Below the pieces are notes generated by a model. It searched no databases and was not told the DNA's origin. It worked only from the letters and a program-made list of their open reading frames with translations. This document shows, piece after piece, positions 12,301 through 24,300 of a DNA stretch of 64,000 nucleotides. The position numbers were made by a program, and so were the translations under genes. The first letter of the stretch is position 1, and each line of letters starts with the position of its first letter. The DNA lies in the NCBI RefSeq assembly GCF_902713615.1, contig NC_052164.1, forward strand, positions 77,537,830-77,601,829. The letters run 5' to 3'. Source of the DNA: Scyliorhinus canicula. Its lineage: Eukaryota.

Positions 12301-15300
12301 AATACCTAAAGCGGGCGGCACAGTGGTTATCACTGCTGCCTCATAGCCTCTTTCATGTCTGAAAGGTTCTCATAGTTGACTTTAAAACCATTAATATTCA
12401 AACTACATTCACCTATTTTTAAAGGTGTAAATGTATGTCTTAATATGAGATTCAATATTGAATGATTTCAATTACCCCACTTCAATATATGACCAGTAAT
12501 ATAAAATCAACAATCCAAATAAAAGTTTGAAAACACTGGAAATACACAGCAGGTCAGACAGCATCTCGAAAGGGAAAGTTTGGTTCATGCTTTGGTTCGA
12601 AGCCTTAATCAAAAATAAGACATAAAATCAAAAAACTACATTGAAATTAGACATATGCGTGATAATTGTTTTTAAGCAATTCTTAAAGCATGTCTCTTTG
12701 TGAAGCTTTTGATCACTGGTCCTAGTCGCTCCTGATGAGTGTGTCGAGTGTGTCAAATATTGTCCAATGATGCTCCATGGAGTGCTTGGGAGAGTAAACT
12801 GTGTTAGTAGTGTTTTATAATGCATTGTAAAAGTCCATATTGAATTCAGTGAATGAAAAATTATTGGCACTGGGTCCACAATGTTCCAATCAACAATTGT
12901 AGCATGGGCGGCAAGGTAGCACAGTGGTTAGCACTGTTGCTTCACAACTTCAGGTTCCCAGGTTCGATTCCTGGCTTGGGTCACTGTCTGTGCGAAGTCT
13001 GCACATTCTCCCTGTGTCTGTGTGGGTTTCCTCCCGGTGCTCTGATTCCCTCCCACAGTCCAAAGATGTACAGGTTAGGTGAATTGGCCATGATAAATTG
13101 CCCTCAGTGTCCAAAACGATTAGGTGTGATTACTGGGTTATGGGGATGGGGCGGAGGTGTGTGTTTAAGTAGGGTGCTCTTTCCAAGGGCTAGTGCAGAC
13201 TTGATAGGCCGAATGGACTCCTTCTGCACTGTAAATTCTATTAAATCTATGTGAGATACCATGGGTGAAAAAGCAGAAACTTGCACAGCATGGACTGAAT
13301 ATTTGTTTGGGTCCAGGAACCGGACACGGGTGTGTTTTCATACCCAGACCCTACATTGCATTGGTGTCATGATATCTGACCTGATTTTTTTTAGTGGCCA
13401 CGGTGCCCTCTGAAGACCTTCTTAATGAGTAAAGGTAAAAGCGCGTCACATTTTTGAGGCTGTCTTTGTGGAGAGGAAGCCCCATCACAGATTGGCCAGT
13501 GGCCACAGTTTTGGTCATCTTCCACTTGTGTACCCAGAGGGAAGGTGCGTGATAAGATAAAAGATTGGGGGTTTAGAGATAGAGATAGAGAAATACAGCA
13601 CAGAACAGGCCCTTCGGCCCACGATGTTGCGCCGAACTTTTGTCCTAGGTTAATCATAGAATTTTGGACAATTTGTCATGGCCAATCCACCCAACCTGCA
13701 CATCTTTGGACTGTGGGAGGAAACCGGAGTACCCGGAGGAAACCCACGCAGTCACGGGGAGGATGTGCAGACTCCACACAGACAGTGACCCAAGTCGAAA
13801 TCGAACTTGGGACCCTGGAGCTGTGAAGCAATTGTGCTATCCACAATGCTACCGTGCTGCCCTTAAGAAGTTAACCTACACTCCCTTATTCTACCCTAAT
13901 CCAAGTACCTATCCAATAGCCATTTGAAGGTCCATAAATTTTCCGACTCAACTACTACCACAGGCAGTGCATTCCATGCCCCCACTACTCTATTTTAGAG
14001 GTTTGACCTCTATTATGCCTTCAGAAGCCTGTGTATATTCATCTGTTGGTATTTGGCCTAAATACACTGTCAATTGGGACATTCCTGACAGCACACTGGC
14101 CTGAATAGGCTAATTAAGAGACTTGATTGTCAATTTGCCACATTCAGGTGATTGGCAGTTACTGATCCTGAACCAGTATTTTTAAAAATGGCCCTGAAGC
14201 AGAACTGGCATAGCTGTTAGTGGAAGGAAATTATGGGCCTGACTGCCTCTGATACCACCTATATGGCCCATGCCTTTAGGAAATTGATCATTATTTGTGT
14301 GTTACAGAGTTGATATTAAAAGAAGCTATTTAGCAGATAGTTAGTAAATCCATAAATATCTTGTATCAAAAAATACTCGCTCCAGCTTTATATAATATAT
14401 ACATATACAGACTAGAGTTATTTTATGGTAAACAATTACTAACAGGAGGTGAATGCTACTGAATTTCCAGTGCTGTCATTAAAGTTGAAGGCTGCTGAAA
14501 ACTTAAGAGCCAGAGTTTTCCAAAATCAAGTCACATCAACAGGGCATGGCAGGCAACATGTGTTTCACTAGAAAATTGCAAATTACATGTAGTTTCTGCC
14601 CTGTGATATTAAAGAGTAGGAGCCTGTGGCAGAATACTGAAGTTTTCCAATAAGCTTCCTGTTGTATTAGGCTCTAACTCTTGCCAAAGGCTTTTGGGAA
14701 TTCCTGTGCGTGTGTCCATTGTTGATGTCATTGGAGAGGAACTACAGAATGTCACATTTGCGGAATTGCACACAGAATAACTGTTCCCCAGGTAAACATG
14801 AAGTAATGTAACGAAAGGTGACAGATATATTGCAAGTAACTTATATTAACGTGGTGTTAGTCAGAGAAGAATCCCACTATACGCTGATCAACATATATGC
14901 ATATAAAACAAGCTACTGCTGCCATTAATCCATCATTAAATTACCTTCAAGTGCAATTAATGTTCCCCAGTAGGCAAAGTAAAGCATAGAACTATGGTAT
15001 GTGAGGTACTTTGATCAGATAATTGTTATTTTAAAAATTGCAATATAAAATCCTGATTGAACAGTGATTTAGAGGGACGTGAGTGTCATTTTAATGTATT
15101 TTGTGCCTTAATTCCTTTAACGAGTGATGTGATTCAATTTTTCCAAAGTAACAAATTATGTTCTCTCCTTTCTCTCAGAACCCCCTAAAATCTCCACGAT
15201 AGATAGTCCTTTGGTAGCTGGACGTAAGTCTCACCTGACCTGCTCCGTCAAGGCATTGTACTCTGAGAATATCTCCTTTACCTGGACATGCCATGGAACA

Positions 15301-18300
15301 AACAGCTTCACAAACATCACAGCACCAACCTCAAAGAGAACAGTGAATGGCACATCTGTCACCAGCAGCCAGCTTGAGATCATTCCTAATACAGCTGACC
15401 ATGGAATTATCTGCACATGTCAGATAAACCATGTGACTTTCAGGCAGCTAGTGGCAACTGAGATCAAACTACATGTTATGTGTGAGTGTGGATCTTTAAC
15501 ATTTTAACTACTTTGTAGCATTCTCTGTAATGCTATTTCTTATGTTAATTTTGGACTCCCTCTTATTCTTTCCTCCCAATTTGCTGTTTACAACCAGGGT
15601 ATATGTATCTGTTGAATGCCTATCTAACCTGAATTTCATATGAACATAGGGGCCTTAATTCTCTGCTTCCCACGGCTGGCAGCGAGAATTGCGATCGGGT
15701 GGAAAATGTGCGATTTGCGTCTGGCACCAATTCCCACGCTATGCTCCAATCTCCCATTGGCAGTGTTATTGAAGTTTATGCCTTGCGCCGGCGGGTCCAT
15801 GCAAAGCTGTTATTTGCATGATTTAAATCTCATTAGCGGGTGGCACCCTTTATGAAATACCCCTCTTAGGTGAAGGTTACGTGGAAGCGCAAATTAGCGG
15901 ACGTATTTACAAGCAGGGTCTGGGCACCGTGGCTGTTGAGGGGGAGCATGTGGCTAAAAGAATTCTCAGAAATTGTTGTGCTTGTTGGGGAGGGTGGACA
16001 TTGTGTTGTAGCGGGGAACATTTCGGTGTCAAGTCCGTGGATCTGGGTGTCCCTTTCGGGATCAGGGTGGCCTGGCTCACACCGCCATTGCTGCTGTCTG
16101 TGATGTTTAAATGCACCCGTCTGATGCTCCTTATAGGCTCCTGGCTGTTCACACTGATGACTACCTAGGACTCAAGGTGTCCTATAAATGCTCAGAGTGC
16201 CTCTGGTGATATGGGAGCTCATTCAGGGTGTCTCCTGTCAACTGGCAGCCCCCATACCCCAGTGGTATCATCAGGGGGATGGGCTTGGCCATGATCAATC
16301 ATTGGTCCACTAGGTATTGTCAGTCCTTGGTGCACTTCTCTGCTATGCGAGACCTGGTCCCATTATTTCTATCTCTCTTTTATCTTTCTTTCCTTTACCT
16401 CTTCCGGGTCCTTTTCACCTGTCTCCCACCCTTCCTGATATTCGGTCATTGCTGCTTTCATTTCTCTCCTCTTGGAGACTTTATTCATCCAAACCCCATT
16501 CACCATTCCTCAAGCCTCATGCTCACCCAGGCTTCACTCCTTCTGAGACAAACCCATAGCTGCCCCCCTTGCCTTTCAATCATCTCGGTGGGGCTTATCA
16601 AGACCCATGATTGCCTCTGAATGAACAACAAACCCAATTGCTATGTCCTGTTCTGTTTGTCTGTCTTCTCACCCATGAACCTTTTTGAGGGCTAATGCGC
16701 ACAACCTTTTTCCTGTCCTGCTCACTCTTCCTCGATTGACTTTTCAACTCTTCCAACAGATCAATTACCATTGTCCCTCTCCACAGCCCCTCTCCACAAC
16801 TTCCTCCAAAATGTATTATTAATTGTGAACAAGACCCTTTCTCTCCATGGCCATATTGTCCACATTGCATTTACCTAATGGCCCTGATGGAAATTTGGAT
16901 AATACCTTGCCCCTTGCATAACATGACAGTGTGGTCCTTATCACCAATCCCACTCTGGCCGGTTCACTCACGTCTCTAGCACCTTTTGTTCTATCATTTT
17001 GTTCTACTCTCATACATCTTCTTTAAAACCTTCCCAATCTACCACCCTCCAAAGCTCCACTCCTTTCCTTCTTCAACATTTGCAATGAATATCTCCTCGT
17101 CATCATTCAATCCTCGTCATATTAATCCACCTTGCCCTTACTCCTTTGACAAAAATCATCCAGACTCGAAACGTTCGCTCCCTTTTCTCTGCACAGATGC
17201 TGTCAGACCTGCTGAGATTGTCCAGTATTTTCTGTTTTGGTGCCCTTACTCCTCTGAGTTTTCTGCTCCTGTCCTCACTTGATTTCTTCCATATATTCAC
17301 TCCATTCCATAATCACAGACACCAGCTCAGTCTTGTCATCTCAGGCAGCCTACCTGTTCCCTCAATCCACAAGTCACTCTAATCACTTCCCTGTATCCCA
17401 CACAACTTGCCTCGTCTTTCCCCTTCTAACCCCACTTGCTTCTGTGTCCCCTTATGGAACAAAAATCATCTAAGTCATTTTCAATGGCATTTTCAAACTG
17501 TCCAACTTTTGTCCCTGTATTAGCCACACTACTTCTGCAACAGTAGATCTGATCAATCACATCCTCAACTATATCTTTAATGCCCTTGTTCACAGTTGCC
17601 TCTTCCACTTTTGTTGATCCCCCTAGTACAGTGACTTAGTGCTTCAAGTCCAACAGGCACATGCACAAATGTATATGTTGCACAAGTGGTTCCTCCATTC
17701 ATTGATAATTCTGATAACATTTCCTGTCTTTGCCTCATCTCCTCTGCGACAGAAACCCTCATTCTTTTGTTACCTCAAGACTCCATTATTCTAATGCTGT
17801 CCTGGCCTGCCAGCTTCTCACTTTTCACCTCCTCATAAACATGAGAATATCCAAAACTCTGTTATACATATGCTAACCCAGACAAATGTCTATTCTCGCA
17901 TCACTCCTATGCTCACCGTCCTGAAATGATTTCCGGTCCATCACTACGTCAGTTTAAAAACATTCTCATCCTCATGATCAATTGACTCCATATCCTTGCT
18001 TCACCCTATCATTGGCACCTCTTTCGACCATATAATTCTCTAAGAACTCTACATTTCTCCAACTCTGACCCTGTACGTCCTCCCATTCTTTTTGTCCCAT
18101 CATTGCTGGCTATGCTTTCAGTTTGAAAAGCCCGAAGCTCTGGAACTCTCTACCTAAACCTCTCCACATTTCTCTCACCCTTGATTAAAGACAATCCCAA
18201 AAATCTTTTTTGACACTGCTTTTTGTTGCACTTCCAAATATCTTCGCCTTTGACTCTGTTTTTGTCATGAATCACCGTGGGATATTTTCCTGTCAGAAAT

Positions 18301-21300
18301 TAGCTATGCAAGCGCAGGTACTTATTAACTCACATCTCTGTGTTAATTATATTGATATAGTTTTGATATAAAATTAAGTATAAATTATCTCTATTTTTAG
18401 ATGCACCACAAAATCTCAGCATAATGTACAGGTTGAGCAATGGTAGCAATTACCAACCTCTGAACAGTAACTCCATCACTGTCGCAACCTACTCATTCCT
18501 GGAACTGAAATGTGGTGTGGATAGTAACCCAGTTTCCACTGTGAACTGGGTGAAGGACAATAAAAATGACACTGAGGTGATACAAATTGAATCCGGTTTG
18601 AATAATTCAAATTTAAAGATTACATATCTCCAGCTGAGAGATGGAGGAACGTACTGGTGTATGGCAAACAACAGCTATGGCTCAGGAAACTCTAGTGTTT
18701 GGATTAACGCTGTTGAGAAAGGTAAATATTCTTGTAATAATACATGTGTAAAAATTGCAATGCTTTTAGTAAATGGGAACATAGGTGAACTATCAAGTAT
18801 ATTATTTCTTTGTCTCATAATTTGTAGACTTGCAATATTTATTATACTTTAAACTGGATTTATATAGAAAACAATACATCCTGTCTTGTTATGCTCTTAG
18901 CGTAGCATAAGCGGCTTCCTTGTGGTGCACTTGACAACGGAAGGTTCAGATGTGGTGCACTTGACAATGGAAGGTTCAGATGTGGAGATAACTTCAACAC
19001 GTTTATTAAACTATTTACACTTCTCCTACTTGGGTTCGCCACTACTGTTAATCCTTCTACAGCTATTCAGACTGACTAACCAGTCTGCTACAATCCACGT
19101 GGTGGGTGTGATATTGAATCAACCCTGTGTGTCTACTCACTAACTGTCTCCACTGGAAAGAGGGAGATCATGTGTGTTGTGTCCTTTATATATGAGTTGG
19201 TGTAATGCCCTCCTGTGGTGGTGTCACCTCAGTGTGTATCGTGAATGCCCATTGGTCATGTCCTATCTAAATGATCTATTGGTTGAATGTCAGTGTGTCA
19301 TGTCTCTGGTGCTCCCTCTAGTGTCTAGCTAGTCTACATGTATTTACATTAACCCCTTGTGTATTTACAGTGATGCATATCACCACAAATCCCATTCCCA
19401 AAATATGATAATTTTTAGCCACTTTTATGGATTAATGCATGTTTTGTTCATGATTTGACATTATATGTGTTTAGCCTTAACATCAGCAGCTTGCTTTTCC
19501 ACAGTGCTTTTTAATGTTCGGCACAGTAAAGAGAAGACTGACATGCTGCAATGTTATATATTAATTGAAATGTATAATGGGCATAAAACTGAACACAATG
19601 GTTAGGCTGTTGTTAAATTTAAAATATGGCATTCCTACGATATTTATTCATGCCTCTCAATAATTTCCCTGCACTTAAAATATATTCTGTTTAGGTATTG
19701 TGATTCTTGCCATTAATTGTGCATTCATTATGATTTATTATCTCTTTCACAGATTATCTATTGCTCTTCGTTCTAGTTCCAATCATTGCTGTTGTTGGAT
19801 TCATCAGTGTGATAACAATATGCTTCTCTCTGATCTGGAAGAGACAATTGAAAGGTAAAACTTAAAATAAGGCTTTGGTTATAGGTGTTAACCTTGCCAT
19901 TGACATCAATAGCGAGCTGTAAAATGATGTGGTTTTTCACTAGCCTGTGTGATTTTAGTCCTTTGCAATAATGTGCTTGTAAATGTTCTTGTCAGGTTAG
20001 TTTTCACGTCCCAGTCTCTCACTGGTTTGTAGGTTGCTCACACTATGCTAGGGCTTTCCAGAAGACCATTTTACGCATTCTGAATTTCATCACTTGTGTT
20101 CTTGATTTTATGCCAATGTGTTGATTTACGATAGCAGCAAATTAGGTGATAAATTGCATTGTGGATAAAGACTAAACTATCATATTATCTTGCAGCAATT
20201 ATGAAACCAATATTTCCTATTTACTCCTGGCTGGGAAATACATGGTTGGACTATGAAACAGGAGGGAAAAGGTTATTTCTATCTCAGTAATACTCTCCCA
20301 AGATTCAACTATAAACAGTATTGCATTGAAACTAAAGCCAAACAAATCAAAGGTTCATATATCGTGAGAACTTGTTATATAAGGAGCAGTTGAGGACTCT
20401 GGGTCTGTACTGATTAGAGTTTAGGATGAGAGGGGATCTTATTGAAACTTACAGGATACTGAGAGGCCTTGGTAGAGTGAATGTGGAGAGGATGTTTCCA
20501 CGAGTAGGAAAACCTAGAACCTGAGGGCACAGCCTCAGACTGAAGGGACGATCCTTTAAAACTGAGATGAGGAGGAATCTCTTCAGCCAGAGGTTGGTGA
20601 ATCTGTGGAATTAATTGCCGCAGAAGGTTGTGGAGGCCAAATCAGTGAGTGTCTTTAAGACAGAGATAGATAGGTTCTTTATTAATGAGGGGCTCAGGGG
20701 TTATAGGGAGAAGGCAGGAGAATGGGGATGAGAAACATTAATAGTAATTGAGTGGTGGAGCAGACTCAATTGTGCCAAATGGCCTAATTCTGCTCCTACG
20801 TCTTATGGTCTTGATGGAAGCTGCAAAAGTGGCTTTAAATACTTTGCCAATTTTACAAACTCCTTGGGCAAGAAAATTGTGCCAGGTGACTTTGGGTGGG
20901 TGGGGGGGGGGGTGGTTGGGGGGGGGGGGGGTGGGGGTGGGTGGGGGGGGGTGGTTGGGGTGGTTGGGGGGGGGTGGGTGGTTGGGGGGGGGTGGGTGGG
21001 TGGGGGGGGGGGTGGGTGGGGGGGGGTGGTTGGGGGTGGGGGGGGGTGGTTGGGGGTGGTTGGGGGTGGTTGGGGGTGGGGGGGGGTGGTTGGGGGGGGG
21101 GTGTAGTGACAAAATCAATATAACTTCATCCAAATGAAGATAAAGCTGAAATTTAATGTTGCATATATTAGCAAACTAGAATCTATAACAGGATAAAATT
21201 ACTAAGAGGAGGGCCAGGGTCAGTTGGCACAGATTTCTAAAGGGCAGGTTCTGCTTGAACCAGCTTATCCCTTAAGAACAGAGATAAATTGCAAAGGATG

Positions 21301-24300
21301 CAGGTTATATGCGTTTTCGAAACACAATGGCTAAGCTGTCAACTTCACAATAAAGGGCCGTGGCTTGTGTAATCAGCTCCAAAAATCATTGAAGAACAAA
21401 GTCATGATAAAAGGATGTTTTTTGGACATCCTTTGATGACTGGTATTTGATAGAGATTTGTATTAGTTTGTTAATAATAGTACTTTGTTTCCAGAATTTG
21501 GGGAAAGAATGGCAAAAGTAGTTGGTCATGCGAAATTGAAAATTGCGGTCATAATTATGAAATATTGCAGAAGATAGGGTCAACAGGATTGGAACATAAA
21601 TAGGTTGCAATTCAATGTGGAAACATTAAGTTAATGCATTTTTTAACTAAAAACTGGAGATGGTTATGGGAATATTTTTGATTTTTGGAGCTGAGAAAAC
21701 AGGTTGTGCAGATAAACCCTAATGAAATAAACAGGTAAGGCCTAAGAACTGTAAACATCTTCCTTGCTCTCCTGTGGCATCTTATCCGGCCATGGAGGTG
21801 GCTCGCCATTGGTCGCTGGCTGGATCTTCCTGTCCTGACACTGTCAGTGGAATTTCTAGCTCCTGCGCTTTGCTGCTAGGCAACCCACCACTGGGATCAC
21901 CATCAGCGGGGCTGGAAGATCTCACTAGTGAGAAGGGCCGGAATATTCAGCCCATTAAAAAAAAAGAATAATGGTGAACTTGTCAGTTTTATTGATGTTA
22001 GAGTGTTGTGTGTAGATTTGAGCTGCCATTAGAGGAGAGTGTTTGTGGAAGCAAATGTTGGAAAAGATGCAACCTGGATTCACGGGAATATTATATGGAC
22101 TGAGGAGTTACTGTTATGAGGTGACTTAAGAAGATGGTGCTTTTTGACTAAACCTGAGATGATTAAGGTTGTTCTGAGATTGGGTGACAACTCCTTGGAG
22201 TGGGAGTCAGTGTCAGATTGCTGCTGCTTGCCCAATTGCTTATGGGATTATTCCTACAACCAGTCTATACTGACCTTTCAAATCAGGCCGGGTGAGATCC
22301 AGACAGTTCCATGTCCTAACATCAAAGTACAGGAGAGTCAGAGTGAATAGGGGTGGGGAGATTCCCCTTGGAGGTCAGAGGTGTGGGTGGTAGGGGGGAA
22401 GTTCCCTGGTGTATGGGGAGGGTCCCTGTGTGCAGTCAGTCTTGGTGTTTACAATGGTTAAATAAGGTTTTAATTCTTCTAATTTTTTGGCGAAATTATT
22501 GGTCAGTTAAGTAGTCGACATATTCACAGATGACTATGGGCTGCTTTCTCCTTTGAGGGGGAGGGCTGACTGGTGGTGATTTAACCTAAGGATCACAACA
22601 CGAGGGTTGAGAAAGTGGAGCCTTCATGAATAACCTCCACCGGTACGGAAACTGAACTTGCGCTGTTGGCCTCTATCTGCATCACAAACGGTAGCACAGT
22701 GGTTAGCACTGTTGTGTCACAGCACCAGGAACCTGGGTTCAATTCCCGGCTTGGGTCACTGTCTGTGGAGAGTCTGCACGTTCTCCCCGTGACTGCCTTT
22801 GCTATCCTCCGGGCACTTTGGTCTCCTTCCACAAGTCCTGAAAGACGTGCTTGTTAGATGAATTTGAAATTCTGAATTCTCCCTCTGTGTACCTGAACAG
22901 GTGCTGGAGTGTGGCGACTAGGGGCTTATCATAGATCATAGAATTTACAGTGCAGAAGGAGGCCATTCGGCCCATCGAGTCTGCACCAGCTCCTGGAAAG
23001 AGCACCCTACCCAAGGTCAACACCTCCACCCTGTCCCCAAAACCCAGTAACCTCACCCAACACTAAGGGCAATTTTGGATACTAAGGGCAATTTATCATG
23101 GCCAATCCACCTAACCTGCACATCTTTGGACTGTGGGAGGAAACCGGAGCACCCGGAGGAACCCACGCACACACGGGGAGGATGTGCAGACTCCGCACAG
23201 ACAGTGACCCAAGCCGGAATCGAACCTGGGACCCTGGAGCTGTGAAGCAATTATGCTGTCCACAATGCTACCGTGCGGCCCTTACTGTTCCCAGTAATAG
23301 AGCATAGAGCATAGAACAGCACAGCTCAGAACAGGCCCTTCAGCCCTCAATGTTGTGCCGAGCCATGATCACCCTACTCAAACCCACGTATCCGCCCTAT
23401 ACCCGTAACCCAACAACCCCCCCCTTAACCTTACTTTTATTAGGACACTACGGGCAATTTAACATGGCCAATCCACCTAACCCGCACATCTTTGGACTGT
23501 GGGAGGAAACCGGAGCACCCGGAGGAAACCCACGCACACAGGGGGAGGACGTGCAGACTCCACACAGACAGTGACCCAGCCGGGAATCGAACCTGGGACC
23601 CTGGAGCTGTGAAGCATTTATGCTAACCACCATGCTACCCTGCTGCCCCAATAATAAATGAAAATCACTTTATTGTCACGAGTAGGCTTCAATGAAGTTA
23701 CTGTGAAAAGCCCTTAGTCGCCACAGTCCGGCACGGGAATTGAACCGTGCTGCTGGCCTGCTTGGTCTGCTTTAAAAGCCAGCGATTTAGCCCAGTGAGC
23801 TAAACTTTAGGTTAATGTCACTGCAGTGTTAATGTAAGCCTATTTGTGACACTAATAAAGATTATTATTATTATTCCAGCCAACTGAGTTAAACCAACCC
23901 CCAACTATTAGTATAACCCTCTCAAATCATCCAAAGTTTGCAATTTAAATCTAATTTTAGCTTGGTTCCCAGTGCTGAGCATTTGCCGAGCGGAGGTTTA
24001 CACTTCTGGGCATTTGCCACACAAACCCTCAGCTGCGAATATCCGAGAAGGGTCCACCAGCATACCTTTGGGGTACCCCCGCAGTCCAACTTTGGAGTGA
24101 TTGGACGTCATGGCCCATTGTCTCACCTGCTCATCGAGGCAGCACTGAGACGACGGAGTTGAAGATAAACACGAAAGGAATGAGGGGGGAGTTTTCAGGG
24201 AAAAAATATTTGCAAAGCGACTGCTTCCAGTGTGGCTTTCACTTCCATGAACCATTGTTGGAAGAGAACGCATAAATCCTTTAAAAAAAATAAATTGTAT

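Noticed and set aside
14671-14790. Exon-like segment in intron 2 (GSNSCQRLLGIPVRV..)
   Set aside because: In-frame TAA before the donor; no Ig features
9901-15481. Rearranging Ig/TCR/IgNAR locus
   Set aside because: V and J are in one exon, no RSS was seen, and the tail carries ITIM-like motifs
16780-16960. Gypsy gag zinc-knuckle-like MQCGQYGH on the minus strand
   Set aside because: Single degenerate motif with stops; not enough to call
9901-18721. Calling the gene a Siglec/CD33/MAG
   Set aside because: The V domain has a canonical F-strand Cys, no F-strand Arg and no extra A'/B-strand Cys for the interdomain bond, so it lacks sialic-acid-binding hallmarks even though domains 2-3 look Siglec-like
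18921-18980. 30-bp direct repeats (also 33-bp at ~32701-32766) as CRISPR-like
   Set aside because: Two adjacent copies, no spacers, eukaryotic context; simple tandem duplications
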